64,000 nucleotides of DNA, from NCBI RefSeq assembly GCF_006345805.1, contig NC_043005.1:58466001-58530000 (forward strand), read 5' to 3'. The position numbers and the translations under genes are program-made. This stretch comes from Octopus sinensis. Its lineage: Eukaryota. The notes beneath the pieces were generated by a model. The model did not search any database. It saw only the letters and a program-made list of their open reading frames with translations, and was not told the DNA's origin. Positions 26,655 through 40,742 of this stretch are shown piece by piece; position 1 is the stretch's first letter; every line of letters starts with the position of its first letter.

Positions 26655-27060
26655 GTTTTCGGCTGTGTGGTAAGTAGCTTGCTTACCAACCACATGGTTC
26701 CGGGTTCATTCCCACGATGTGGCACCTTGGGCAAGTGTCTTCGACTATAACCTCGGGCCAACCAAAGCTTTGTGAGTGGATTTGGTAGCTGGAAACTGAA
26801 AGAAGCCCGTCAGATATATGTATATATATATGTATGTGTGTGTGTGTGTGTGTGTGTTTGTGTGTCTGTGTTTGTCCCCCCAACATCGCTTGACAACCGA
26901 TGGTGGTGTGTTTACTTCCCCGTAACTTAGCACTTCGGCAAAAGACTGATAGAATAAGTACTATGCTTACAAAGAGTAAGTCCTGGAGTCGATTTAATTT
27001 GACTAAAGGTGGTGCTCCAGCATGGCTGCAGTCAAATGACTGAAACAAGTAAAAGAAAAA
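26655..27060 (+). mobile_element. SINE family A copy
   Basis: GGCTGTGTGGTAAGTAGCTTGCTTACCAACCACATGGTTCCGGGTTC head through GAAACAAGTAAAAGA tail. Confidence 0.85.
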
Positions 27061-27604
27061 AAAAGAGGAATGAAATGACAGCCAAATCACCCTCTCAAAT
27101 TTTATTTCTACTGTTTTCAAATAAAAGAAGCAAACAGGATAGTGTAGTTCTTGATCAACTATATTCTGATGAAATGGCTGGATGGGCATAACTGGAATGG
27201 CTTCAATTATTGATCTGCTTGATCAGGCCCAGCCTGAATATAAAAATAGCAATGATGATATAGCAAATACAAACCAATCCAGGTGCCTATGGGCAGCTGA
27301 TTAACTTGCTTGAAATAGCAGACAAATCTTCCTCAAATGAAAACTGCCTCTCTTAGAAAAAAACAGAAGGCTATTGTAGTACCTAATATATCGTTAAGCT
27401 TTTATCTTTTACTTGTTTCAGTCATTGTACAACAGCCATGCTGGGGCACTGCCTTCAAATAAATTAACTCCTGTACTAATTTTTCTAAGTTTGGTACATT
27501 ATTCTACTGAAATCCTTTTGCTGAATTGCTCTGTTACAGGGACATAAACAAAGTAACACCGGTTGTGAAGCAGTGGTGGGGTACATACACTAACATAGAT
27601 ACAT

Positions 27605-27646
<42 letters not shown>

Positions 27647-27988
27647 CTTGTGAGTCAGGGTTTTTGTGGTCGTTTGTATGAATTTAGAAAAAGATGCATA
27701 ACTCATCAAAGAAAAGCTGTATTTGAAAACGAACTGGTACAAGTAATCTTGAGAATCTTTTTATCATACCTATTCGAGGAATCCCTTGTTAGCATTAATG
27801 GCTACTACTACTACTACAAAGTGCCAAACAGTTGGACTGAAACCAGAACTGTGTGGTTGGGAAGCAAAGTTCTTAAGCAGACAACCTCTCCAGCCAAAAA
27901 AAAAAAAAGAGAAAAAAAAAAGAATAGAAACATGATCATGCATAGAACATATTTGATCTCAGGTCTCTTTCATCAAAGCTATTCTGGT

Positions 27989-28030
<42 letters not shown>

Positions 28031-29104
28031 ACAATTAAAACAAATATGTTTTTGATGTTTTTTTTGTCTTTTACTTGCTAACCCTAGACATGAATTGATA
28101 ATAAATACTGAAAAGTTTATTTCCGTGTCATGATTTTAATTTATTGCTTTTTTTCTTTTTTTTTTTTTATATCTCATGCAGCAATCACAACAGATTTTTA
28201 AATGATATTTTAACTGTTACAGATATTATAATAATGTTGTTTAAGATATATAGTCACTTTGCTTAACCAGTAATAAATAATCTTTCCTAACATTTAGATA
28301 AAATGTATTTTATCTCTTGCTTCTAAAAACATAATTGTCCATTTGTTTTTACTGTTTGACAACCTTTATCGAATTCATATTCTTAGAGCAAAACATATTT
28401 TCAACCTCATTGCAATATATTGTGGTAATAATCTTGCAATGTTCAGACGATAACTTTCCAGATTAGTGACCTCATCTATAGAGTGTATATTTATATTTAC
28501 ATTATACTTTCATTGGTTCAGCCGCCAATTGTTATCAAGTATTTTATTTCTAAATATGTACATATTTTTTTCCTGGGCCAGATGACATTGGAAATATTCC
28601 TCAAAATACCCGATTCTCCTAAAACATATTCAAAACTGAAATATTGCAAATTTAACAGAATATTAGTTCTCAGATTTTAGTCTCCTTCTCCAACAACGTA
28701 TCATTGCTAATCATAAATAACACCCATAGTTAAACATCCGACCTGCTGGTACTTGATGTCTTTGGATGAGACTGGGAATGACTCATATAAAACAAAGCAA
28801 CAACAATGAAAATAACAGCAGCAGCAGCAGTAGTAGTAGTTGCAGCAGCAGCAGCAGCAGTAGTAGTTGCAGCAGCAGCACCATTTTTTTTACTTGTTTC
28901 AGTAATTAGAGTGTAGCCTTGCTGGGACATGATTTTGAAGAACTTTTAGTCAAATGAATCCACTCTAATACTTATGGTCTCCATGTGTGGGTGAGCTTTT
29001 GAATGAATGAAATTATGACTTACTTAAAGTCACTATTATCTTTGGAGAAATGTAACAAATCTGCTAACCCGGGAACTTAATACGTGGATATTAACTATTT
29101 GGGC

Positions 29105-29305
29105 TATCTGGGAATGAGTTACTGCAACCAGACAGTGCCAAAGTCATGCAGGATGCCCAATGAATAATTGACATAGAAACAATCCATATAACAATACCAT
29201 CTGCTAATGAACTGAAAGAAATGGTCTTCTCAAATATTTATAAAAAAAAACTACTAAGATCACAATTGTTTGTGTTAAAAGTAGTATTAGCTCCAAAGAA
29301 CAAAA
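29105..29305 (+). mobile_element. Possible Helitron PIF1-like helicase relic
   Basis: ELKEMVFSNI...(shifted frame NY*DHNCLC)...VVLAPKN resembles the VFPNI..NY.DH.WL.ERAILAPKN segment of Helitron helicases; short and degraded. Confidence 0.5.
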
Positions 29306-29860
29306 AAAATCTCTCTCTCTCTCTTCCCTCAATTTTCCCTCTGGCTGGGTAACCATTTATCTTCTCTACAGCAGTACATCTATTTCTGCCCTTATTCTTG
29401 GTCTCTATCTCTCTCTCTCACTGGGTGATGATGTACCTCCTCTGTAGCAAGACACCTATTTCTACCTCCTTATTTTTTCTGTCACATTCTAACCTTTCAT
29501 CATCTGATATTGGATCACCTCCTTCAGCGCCCCCCCCCCCATTATAGCAAGACACCTGTTTCTGCCTCTCTGTCTCCTTGTCACCCTCTAAACTCTAACC
29601 TTTCATCCTCTGATACAAGTTCCTCTCCTCAAATGCTACTGCTCTTCTCATAATTCTTTGTCTTGAGAATTATGAGGTGACCCTACCAATGCTGGTGCCA
29701 TGTAAAAGGCATCCAGTCCACACTGTAAAGTGGTTGGCACTTGGAAGGGCATCCACCTGTAAAAATCATGCCAAAACTAACCTTGCCTGTGCTAGTTCCA
29801 TGTAAAAGGCATTGAGTCCATTCTGCAGAGAGGTTGATGTTATGAATCGTTTACTCCGAA

Positions 29861-29962
29861 GGAGAATTTAAATTTGTTAAATATGCAGTTGAACGTGGCA
29901 ATAGAGCTGCTGGAAAATATTTTAATATTAATGAAGCCAAAGTTTAAAATTGGCGTAAACAG
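29861..29962 (+). mobile_element. pogo-like transposase N-terminal HTH (Brinker-type) relic
   Basis: EFKFVKYAVERGNRAAGKYFNINEAKV*NWRKQ matches the FK..V.YA...GNRAA.R.F.I.E..VR.WRKQ motif. Confidence 0.6.
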
Positions 29963-30463
29963 TACATCAAACCTAAAACTGTGCCTAGTAATAAACAGAC
30001 AAAAATAAAAACATACAATCATGATTATCCATATCATTACATTTTTTCAGTCAGGAGTATCCACATCAGTATGTATGTCAATGGTGCTCCATTGCGATAG
30101 GTAGAAACTCCAATATGGCCCAGACAGTGTTTACCAGCATGAACGTCAGACTTCAAAAAGTAGTTAACCATTTAATGGTTTTAGTAAATTTATACAGAAA
30201 AAGTAAGCATTATACTCTCCAGCATAGATAAGAGTCAACTTCATTGTATTTAAGCCATTATTTTTTCTGTAAAAACCTATTCTGACATTAAATGAGTCAA
30301 TTTCCAGTACGAATGCTTACGTTTTGTACATCTTTTTCCGACAAAAAAATTTCAAAAAAATTCTGGAAATGATCTACTCATGGAATTTACGTACCCTCTA
30401 AAGTTTATTTTTATTTTTGTGAAAAAATTACATGCGTTTTTATGGTATATGTATATATATATA

Positions 30464-30510
<47 letters not shown>

Positions 30511-30567
30511 GTGTTTATATATATAATTATAGATGTATATATGTTTTTGTATATCTGTATCTATCGG

Positions 30568-30600
<33 letters not shown>

Positions 30601-30625
30601 TTATCAATCTATCTATGTATATATG

Positions 30626-30657
<32 letters not shown>

Positions 30658-31006
30658 ATTATATATATACACACATACACACACACTCACACACACATGC
30701 ACAAACATACACACACACACAAATACACACACCTGCACACATATTGTTGGATGCACATGAGCTGGAAGCTAAAATAATATTTATCACATTTCTTCTCAAT
30801 GGAAAAACAAAAATGTTTTTTTCTCACGAAGGCATTCACTGATGGCTGTCTGTTTATGTTTTGCTAGAGATAAGCCATGTTTGAACCATTTAGCTCTGTT
30901 ATTAAGAATATAAACATGTTTCACATACATAAATATAGATTTTCTATACTACCTCTTCAAAAAATTACCTAAATTATCTAAATCTAAGGAACACCAGGTA
31001 TCCTCT

Positions 31007-31070
<64 letters not shown>

Positions 31071-32184
31071 ACACACAATCACAAAGCATTTTTTCCAATG
31101 CTATAAAAATTCTGCCGATTAACAACTTTGTAAAGCTATTTTATTTTATTAGGCCCCCCCCCCATTCCTAAAGAAAAATAATCCCCAGCTAAAAAACGAC
31201 CAAGATCTGAAACTGATACATCTAAAGGACAGCCCTGATTACAAAGTTTCACATATATTATCAAACTCTGAACAATAACACAACTCCAACTTTAATCAAT
31301 AAAAACTTTCTACAATATCTTTCCATTAGAACCTATCTGACAGCCTAATTATCATTCAACATAGTTTCACCTACCCCTCCCCCCAAATGGCCAGAAACTG
31401 CATAAAGATATAAAGCCAAGATGAAGTAAAATGTACCACAGTCTTAGAAAGGCTAGGAGGCTGAAACTTCAAAAGTTGCTATCACCACTATTCTTGTAAA
31501 TCCATAAAGAATTTGTATTCTACAAAATGTATTGAAAAATCCTTCAGTCTAATGTTGAATTGTTTTTCTTATTACATGGTATACTTGATATAAAACAAAC
31601 AGTAATATATATGTGTGTGTGAGTATGTGTGTGCATGTGTGCGTGTGCATGCGTGCATGTAAGTGAAGTGCTAGAAATCAAATTTTAAAATTTTCTGAGT
31701 AACTTTCACATATAATACATAATATTATTATATTATATTATATTATGTTATACACAATATTGCTTGTTATTGACTTGAAAATACACTAGAAAATGCTATG
31801 TAGTCAACATAGCTGAAAGAGTTAAGCTGATAAGAACTGCTGAAATCATTTCCATATTTTGTTATTAAGTTTACAAGAATTCAATTTGTTTTCTGGGGTT
31901 TTTTTGTACAGTTGTACTGATAGAAGTCTAATATTGTAAATCAAAGGTCATATCTTTCAGATCGATTTCTTGTTATGACGGAACAATATTTTGGAACTAA
32001 TAATAGTAAAAATAGCAACAACAAAAAAAAAACACCCAGTAAAAATGAAAATGATAATAATGATGATGATGATAATAATAATAATAATAAAAAGTAATAA
32101 TAATAATAGTAATAGTAATAATAATAATAATTAATGATGATAATAATAATAATAATAATGATAATAATAATAATAATAATAATA

Positions 32185-32220
<36 letters not shown>

Positions 32221-33018
32221 TAATAAATTATGATGATGACGATGATGATGATGACGATGACAATGGCGATGATGATAATGATGATATTTGTATTTGTGTT
32301 TAATTCTTTAGATAATAGTCTGAATCATTATATTTTTTTTCATTTTCATGTTTTTTTTTCAATTTTCTATCTTGTTTCACTGTGTTTTGTTTGTATTTTT
32401 TTGTTTTTTTTTTCTAAAAGATGAAATAAGTCAATTTTCTAGAAGAATGAAGCGATAAGAGAGGAGAGAGAACAAGAGAGAGAGGAAATATAAAAAAAAA
32501 TATATAAGAGAAAATGAAAGATGATTGCTTAGCTTATTCTTTCACACTGTTTTGAGGTCATATGTTAGAAACGAGTGGGTAGGTTGTGGCGAGTCGGTGG
32601 CCACTGAGTTTGCACAATGGTACAAGGCTACCAGAAACTTACAGAGGTAGATGAGTGGGAAGCCGACGCTGATGAAGAGGATGAAGTGGAATCAATTGAT
32701 TTGACACAAGCATATGACTTGCAATTACATTATCAACACTCCAAGGTGGACTTTGCCTTTCATCTTTCTGCAGTTGATAAAGAAAATTACCAGCAATGTA
32801 CTGGGGTCCATATAATTGACTCTTCACCTCCTTTTGTATTTCATGGCCTTGTATCTATATTAGAAGCCGATTATTTTATCAAAGTGACTTAATTAGTGAG
32901 TATTCTATGGTAGATGTAACAATTAAATGTCCCTCAAACCTGATTAATAATTAATAAGGGTTTCTAACAAAGGCATAAGGCTACAAATATCTTTGGAGGA
33001 GAGAAATTATTGATTATA

Positions 33019-33576
33019 TTGGGTTGTCTGGAAAGTTTGTGCTGATTTATAGTAGTTTACATTTTGACTTACTTTAGAACGTGGTTGAGTCCATAAAATA
33101 GGATTTGACTACACCTTCATTTAGAGCACAGTTTAAGCTATCTTTTCATGGAAGAAGGTTTATGTTCCTATAACCTGTGTTAATTCTGTAACCTTTTAAA
33201 ATGGAAGAGAAGAATGTTCATTTTCGGCACTTGATGCTTTAGGAACCAGACAAAAATTGCTGCAGGTCGGCTTGGATGTGTTACCCCACCCCCGTATTAA
33301 CCAGATAGTGCTCCTTTGGATTTCCACTTATTCAGGTATCTGCAGAATAGTCTTAATGGTAAAAATTTCAATTCCTTGGATGATGTAAAAAGATACCTTG
33401 ATGAATTCTTTGCTATGAAATCACCTCAATTCTGGGAAGAGGGTATTTTCAAGTTAAAGGAAAGATTGGAATGCATTGTGCAACAAAATGGTTCATATTT
33501 GGTTGATTAAAAATGTAATGGCAATTGACCGTTTTCTTTCCTTTAAAAATCGGCACGAACTTTCTGGACAACCCAA
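33019..33576 (+). mobile_element. Internally deleted mariner (558 bp)
   Basis: About 30-bp TIRs TTGGGTTGTC(T/C)(G/A)GAAAGTT(T/C)GTGC(T/C)GATTT, TA at both ends. N-terminal MEEKNVHFRHLML is fused to C-terminal DVLPHPPY*PDSAPLDFHLFRYLQNSL. Confidence 0.9.
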
Positions 33577-33580
33577 TAGA

Positions 33581-33900
33581 ATCAAAACTGTTGAAAAATT
33601 GTATAAGCATCAACCTGGGGCTGTAACTGAGGTTAAAGATGTAACAGTTCTTTGAGACATTCATGTTCATACAAGCAGAACCATCGAAGCTAATAAACTG
33701 GATATTGCTGTAAAACACCAAATAATAATGTTGGTTTATTGATTGCTATTAGTATTCATTGTGGTCATATCTTGGCAAAGAATTTGACAAGTTCAGAAAA
33801 TATAAAGATTTGCTCACTGAAATTTTAAAAAAATATGGCGGCTCAAGGCAGTTTTAATACTAATTATTATAGGAGCACTAGGTATGGTGAAAAAAAGGAA
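33581..33900 (+). mobile_element. Second RLE-type LINE relic
   Basis: LYKHQPGAV...VL*DIHVHTSRTIEANKLDI...KYKDL...WRLKAVLILIIIGALG, with frameshifts. Confidence 0.7.
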
Positions 33901-34170
33901 CCGCAAGAAGTGCAAAACGTTGTTTTAACATGTATGATACATATACTGAGAAGAGCATTGTCACTGTGAGAATGATTACTTTCCATGTAAATAATTTGTT
34001 TTTTCTACATAATTGTGTTTGATTTCACAAATCTGGTGTGTTTATTTTAATGGCCTGTCAATATATGCAGTGATTTTATTTGCTCTAGGTGGTGGGAAGA
34101 CAGTCGGTAAGAAATGGAAACAAAATTGAAGGAGGAAGAAAAACTCATAATAATGATGATGATGATGATA

Positions 34171-34208
<38 letters not shown>

Positions 34209-34217
34209 GATGATGAT

Positions 34218-34775
34218 GATGATAAATGCCCTGATGCAGTACCAGGCAGTGGCTCTCGTGGCTTCTGATCTTAACTGATTGGAAGTGTTATCATGTACAT
34301 TGTTTTGTCTTGGTATAAAAGATGGGCTACAGCAAATATTCTGCTCAATACCACAGATTTGCTTATCAGTTGTATAACCTTAACCAGTTGAGCATGTCCC
34401 TTAGTGGCTGACGATATGTGCATCTCTGATCACAAGCAGAAGTAGTGGGGGAGCATCATAGCCATGTGTTGAGAGGAATTTTTTGGAGGTTAAATAATTC
34501 ATCTCTGGAAACATAGGTGTTTTGTTCATCATCCTTAAATAACCCTTAATTAGAGACCTTTTGAACAGGATGGGCTACTCTACCTGAAGAAAATTTAAAC
34601 TGGACCCCACCTGCAAGGTCATGCACTGTTTATCTTGATGTGAGATCACCACGTCACACATATATGCTTGCGACGCATGTGTCTGGTATACCCTTATCAC
34701 ACAGGTAGTCATGATGTGTATATTGGGCTTTGTATATTTGTAACCCTGTGTCACTTTGTTGACATGCTCTGCTCT
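34218..34775 (-). mobile_element. Non-coding retroposed repeat with (ATT)n tail (second partial copy 17381-17572 +)
   Basis: Both copies share TATTGAGCAG.ATATTTGCTGTAGCCCATCTTTT...CCAATCAGTTAAGA...TGCATCAGGGCATTTAT followed by ATT/ATC repeats. Confidence 0.7.
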
Positions 34776-34787
34776 CTCATTCAGTGG

Positions 34788-35050
34788 TTGGATAAATGTG
34801 CCAAAGTGACACTGAGAAGAGACAAATTTATCAGCACTGAAAACACTGCACTGGACATAGCCACAGAAATCTGAGAATTAGACCATTATCACTCATACAA
34901 GTATCTAAGAATAAACAAAACTGCTAAAATATAACACACAGAAATGAAAGAGAAAATTAGGAGAGAATATTACAGAAGAGTTAGACAAATATTAAACACT
35001 GAACTTATTGCCAAAAATAAGATAAAAGGGATAAACACACTAGCCATACA
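34788..35050 (+). mobile_element. LINE reverse-transcriptase C-terminal relic (R4/Dong-like)
   Basis: LDKCAKVTLRR...YKYLRI...MKEKIRREYYRRVRQILNTEL..KNKIKGINTLAI with two stops. Confidence 0.75.
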
Positions 35051-36114
35051 TAAGACACATTCTATATAGCAAATACCCAATAAACTAAACAGCCATCAGC
35101 AGACTTGATACCCAATGCACTACACACACAACACACAATACAAGCTCTTGCACAACAAATGACTGCACTAGACCCCATAACAAAAGAAACTAATGCATAA
35201 TAATGCCAGAAAATGTTTGCACTCCCCCAACAGCAAAAAGAACACACAATGCTGTACACACCCCAGCAAAACAGAGGTGTGACAGGTGATGCAGTCAAAA
35301 TTTGCCTGAAACTACCAAATGTTGAACAACAAACACAACAACAACAACAACAACAACAACAACAGCAGCAGCAACAACAATAATTTTCTATTTCTAAAGG
35401 CACAAAGCCTGAAAGTTTGAGAGGAAAGGGTTTAGTCAATTGAATTGACAACAGTATTTGAGTACTTGATTGGTAATTTAATCTACCAGCTCTACCAAAA
35501 CGAAAATCAAATCTGACATTGGGCAAAGTTGAACCAAGAATGTAAAGAACCAGAATGGTTATCAAGGATCATTTATAACCCTTAGTTATGTTATCTAGTT
35601 ATACTACAATGACTTTGATATACTAATCTGAGAGGATGTTTAATGTATTTCATTTTAAATCATCGTTATCTGACCCCTTTAAATTCAAATCAGACTTCGT
35701 GCCTGCAATCTTTCTACGATAAATTTCTTTCAAAATTCTAGACTGCCAATCTTTAAACAAAATTCTTCACTTTTCATCAAACTAGACTGCTATAAGAACC
35801 TATCACTAAAAACATTCTTCATTTTACATAAAACTCTTGATGAAGTGGTATATTGCTGGATGAGTACATAAAATTAATCTTTTGTAATAATTGTTTAACT
35901 GTCACCAGAATATATGTAAAGATGATATATACCATATTTCTCTGTTCTTATAACCATTGCAGTCAACAAACCTGTAACATGGAACTATCTGGGAAATAAG
36001 GTGCCTATTTTAGAGTGTAATGCAATACTCAGTGGTTATATGGTTGGCATTTTATAATAATCTATATGCATTTGGTATACATACATACATATAAAACTAA
36101 CCTGTATGATTACA

Positions 36115-36315
36115 GGTAAGTTCACCACTATCAATTCACCACCATGAAGAAAGTTCACTATGAGGAAAGTTTATTGTGTGTAAAGTTTACCAAGAAAATA
36201 TATTCATAATATCCCACCACTAATAATTAAAAACTATTCTATTGAAAAAAAAAAATACTGGTGAATTGATGATAGTGAACTTTCCCTGTAGTGAATTGAT
36301 GATGGTGGGCTTACC
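36115..36315. mobile_element. Possible MITE (about 200 bp)
   Basis: Imperfect terminal inverted repeats GGTAAGTTCACCACTATCAATTCAC / GTGAATTGATGATGGTGGGCTTACC, with subterminal repeats of the same motif. Confidence 0.5.
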
Positions 36316-36545
36316 AGGCACGAACCTACATAATACCTTTTACAAAGAGGGATTATTTAGATGTTTCTTCATAGACTGGAAAAATAAACAACCTTAATCA
36401 ACTTCCAAATCATACAAATCCATTGAATTCCTTGCGGGAAACTGATTGGAAAGATCAGCCATGATGGATATATAATACTGTACATTTCAGATATCTATAT
36501 ATTTATATATATATGTTATATTATATATATGTATATATGTATATG

Positions 36546-36577
<32 letters not shown>

Positions 36578-37130
36578 TGTGTGTGTGTTGTGTGTGTGTG
36601 TGTGTGTGTATGTATTTATTATGTTTACATTATATTATATTATATATGTTTCCTGAGTACCATTTTCTAATTGAATTTAATTTCTTTTCTTTAGTTTTTA
36701 TTTATTAAATTTCATTTTAAATTCTCTTAATTCTTTTTTCTTTTGTAATATTTATAGAAGAATCTCTTTTAAGTTTTATAACTTACTGTATTTGTTTCAT
36801 TTATTGATTCAATAGAAATGACTAATTTATTTGATATTTATTTCTTAAGTCAACTAATTTACTTGTAGCATTTATTCGTGTTTTAATGCTGTCGATGTAG
36901 GTATGTCCATTTGGTTAAAAATCTTGCTCTGTTACCAGATGGTTTCACTTCTACTGTGCCATACCTTGATTATGTGTCTTTGTGTCTTTTACCATGGCCT
37001 GATGTTAGCCCAAACATTGTTATGTAAATTTTGGAAACCTGTCTGGTGGTATGTATTTGTCCTATCAGTGGTGGACTTAATTGACTCTTTGGTTTAACAC
37101 CATGACTTAGCCCTTCAGTCTTTTTGGCAG

Positions 37131-37229
37131 AATCTATTTTTAGTGTTTTTAGCTGAGTCCATTTTTGATGTTTTCAGTAGAATCTATTTTTGGTGTTTTT
37201 AGCAGAGTCCACTTTGAGTATTTTAGTAG
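37131..37229. repeat. 25-bp minisatellite, 4 units
   Basis: AATCTATTTTTAGTGTTTTTAGCTG / AGTCCATTTTTGATGTTTTCAGTAG / AATCTATTTTTGGTGTTTTTAGCAG / AGTCCACTTTGAGTATTTTAGTAG. Confidence 0.8.
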
Positions 37230-38344
37230 TCTTTTTTCTATATTTTTAGCAGTCTTTAATCTGAGTGCTGAGGCCAAGCCTTCAGTCTGTGAATGTAAAG
37301 ATCTTTCTCCCTTTACAATATTGGTCTTGGAGGCCTTGTGAATAAGGGTTTTAGGCATAACTTATCATCCACTGATTAAACTTAGAAAGCTTTGTTTATT
37401 TTCTACTATATTTGCCTGATAAACTTGTTCCAGTTTATCAGGCTGAGAAAAAATTATCTCTATTTATGATTGAATGGTTACTGAAAGGAAATGGATCTAG
37501 TTACAAAAAAATTTTTAACTACATAAAAACAAATAGATATAGAATAATAAAAAAAAAAATGAATTTTCTACAAAAGTTATCTCACCCATATGAACAGGGA
37601 AATGAATGGATATAAAGACAATAATAGTTAAAAACGATAATAAATAGAATAAAAAAAGTTGTTACTCTGTATTTGTACAGACAATACTGAAAGCAAACAA
37701 AAGTATTATTTGTGGTAATTATCAGAATTCTAAGACATAAAGTGCTTATCTTTTGGCAAGAATTGGTATAGTAAAGAGGTAAAAATAAATAGAGGGAAGT
37801 GTGTTATTGTGCAGTGTGGATAAGGGAGACAAAATATTTCTCTTGGATTTAGACTGAGACTTTCATCTGTGACAAAAACCAAAAAAAAAAAAAGCCGGAA
37901 GATGAAATAACAGCCTTTAGTACACTTTGAAATATTTTGATAGATGCTGGTGTTTATTTTGTCAGAAGATTTATTACCCCAAACAATGCCACCTACCATG
38001 TTGATTTGCACTCAATAACACCAAAAATAGTTCAGATTTTTTTTTTTTCTTAATACACGTTTATTTTTATTTGAAATATTATTAGCATTAAGGAGAAAAG
38101 AGTTTATGACTATAGATAAATGATAAAAATCAGTCGAATACTAGTCAAATATAATTGAAATTATGAAGATATCAGTGTCAGTGAAGAACCACTCAGTAAA
38201 CATTGAAATACTTGTGGAATTTTTTTCTGTTGTTGTTTTTATTTTCCCCTTAATTTTATTGGTTTTTTGCTCAAAAATAGCTATTATATGTATTCAGACT
38301 TGATGTTTTGTTGTCATCTCATTCATTGCAAATTCACACACTCA

Positions 38345-38443
<99 letters not shown>

Positions 38444-38954
38444 ATGTATGTATGTATGTATGTATGTATGCATATCTTATTTGTTTGATATGGTTTTTCT
38501 CCATGATTCGATAATATCAAATTAAAACATTTTCACTTTAGTTATCAAAAACAACTACCAAGGATAAATCAAATTCCATACAATAATTTTATTTCAAATA
38601 TTCAAATTGTTTTGTTATTCAAGAAAACTAATGAAAAAAAAATTTTTTTTTTTTGGCCTGTTATATTTTGTTTTATTTTATTCAAATATTTCTTTCTTTT
38701 CTCCTGTAAATTATAGAAATCTTTGATGAAGATTAGTAGAGGTTAATAACCCTACCTCAACACAGATTTCTACACACAGGGCCACCACCCTACCTCAACT
38801 TTTACAATTAACCTTCACCGCCCTCTCTAATTGTATAAAATACAGCCCATTCATTTCCTGATTTCTTTTGTATGACCAAATTCTTACTATTATTGTTGTT
38901 GTTGTTGTCATCAGCACTGTTGCAGTTGCTGTTTTTGGCATTGTTTTCATTACT

Positions 38955-39850
38955 CTTTTACTTGTTTCACTCATGTGACTGTGGCCATGCTGGAGCACCT
39001 CCTTTAGTCGAGCAAATCAACCCCAGGACTTATTCTTTGTAAGCCTAGTACTTATTCTATCGGTCTCTTTTGCTGAACTGCTAAGTTACGGGGATGCAAA
39101 CACACCAGCATCGGTTGTCAAGCAATGTCATGGGGACAAACACAGACACACAAACACATACACACACATACATACATATATACATATATACGACGGGATT
39201 CTTTCAGTTTCCATCTATTAAATCCACTCACAAGGCTTTGGTCAACCTGAGATTATAGTAGAAAACACCTTCCCAAGGTGCCAGGCAGTGGGACTGAACC
39301 TGGAACCAAGAGGTTCATAAGCAAGCTACTTACCACACAGCCAGTTAAACTTCACTGTCAACCTTAATTGGTAAATCTTATAATCTAAAGTATTTCAGCC
39401 CTTACCATCCCATCCTTTTTATAGTAGTTGGTAGTTTATTTGTTTCCTTTCACACATTAGACTGTGGCCATGCTGGGGCACTGCCTTGAAGAATTTTCAG
39501 TTGAATGAATCAACCCCAGTACCTATTTTATTTTAAAGCCTGATACTTATTCTACCAGTCCTTTTTGCTGAACTGCTAAGTTACGAGGTGATAAACACAC
39601 CAACACTGGTTGTCAATCAGTGGTGGGACAAACACAGACACAAATACAAACAGACACACACACACACACACACATACACACACACACATGACAAGCTTCT
39701 TTCAGATTCCACTTACCAAATCTACTCACAAGGCTTTGGCCAGCCTGAGGCTATAGTAGAAGACACGTGCCCAAGGTGTCATGCAGTGGGACTGAATCTG
39801 GAACTGTCTGTGGTTGGGAAGCAAATTTCTTACCACACAGCTATGCCTAT
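38955..39850 (-). mobile_element. Two SINE family A copies (about 38955-39345 and 39445-39850)
   Basis: Each shows the reverse-complement tail CTTGTTTCA..GACTGTGGCCATGCTGG, internal (CA)n and head ...CTTACCACACAGCC. Confidence 0.8.
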
Positions 39851-40570
39851 GCCTGTAATATTATAATTATTTAACAGAGATGACAGTTTGTGAATTGAAG
39901 GATACTGTGTCTGCTATTTCTAGCAAGGCAGGCAACCATGGAAAGATTTCTTTGTTGGCCTGAAGCCATTCTATGCAAGGTGAGTAAAAATACTAAACAA
40001 TACTGATCCATACCTTTACCTGCTTTAGACAGGCAACAAGCAATATCAAATAAATTTGTGTGTGAAGCTTGAACAGTAATTCATATTACATAAGGTCAAA
40101 AGATTTAGGAAGGTTGCTTTGCTGTTTGGTTCCTCTGTTTAGAATCTGAAACAAGTTCTGTCTGCCTTAGTTTTGGGTTAACTCAAGCCCTGTATCCAAA
40201 ACTTATCAGGCAGCAGCTGTGATGAAACTTATGGAATCAACATTAATGGTTACTGATGCTGAATTAACCATTAAGCAAAATAATCATGTGCTTAAGGCAT
40301 CAAGGGAACTAAAGGGGACCACAAAAATGGCAAATGATGTTTTGCAAATGTCATTAAAATGATATTTGGAATGCCTTATCTTTACTAAGTATAGATTCAG
40401 ATGTGTTGTGTAAAATAATATTGATGATTAGATGAAAGACTTTGCTGTTAAAAAAAGTGGGAGAAAACGTTTTAAATATTAATAAAGTGGGAGTATACAA
40501 AAATAAGCATTATTTTCCATCTTACTGTTAGTATGGTTTCATTTTGGAAAATAAAAATGTATTTTATAAT

Positions 40571-40742
40571 TCTTATTTTATCTTATGTCCATTGCTTGGA
40601 AATCTTTCATCACATATCTGTGACCTCTTGAGTGACCCTTTCCATCCCTGTGTATCCTCCTGCTCTACCTTGTCCACTCCCTGAAGAGACCACAGATGTG
40701 TGATGAAAGATTTCCAGACAATGGGCATAAGATGAAATAAGA
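40571..40742. repeat. Fold-back element, 59-bp inverted arms
   Basis: 40571-40629 is the near reverse complement of 40684-40742; 54-bp spacer. Confidence 0.85.

Noticed and set aside
34218-35050. Twin-priming inversion joining the (ATT)n repeat and the RT fragment
   Set aside because: I cannot show that the two pieces belong to one element, and no TSD was found.
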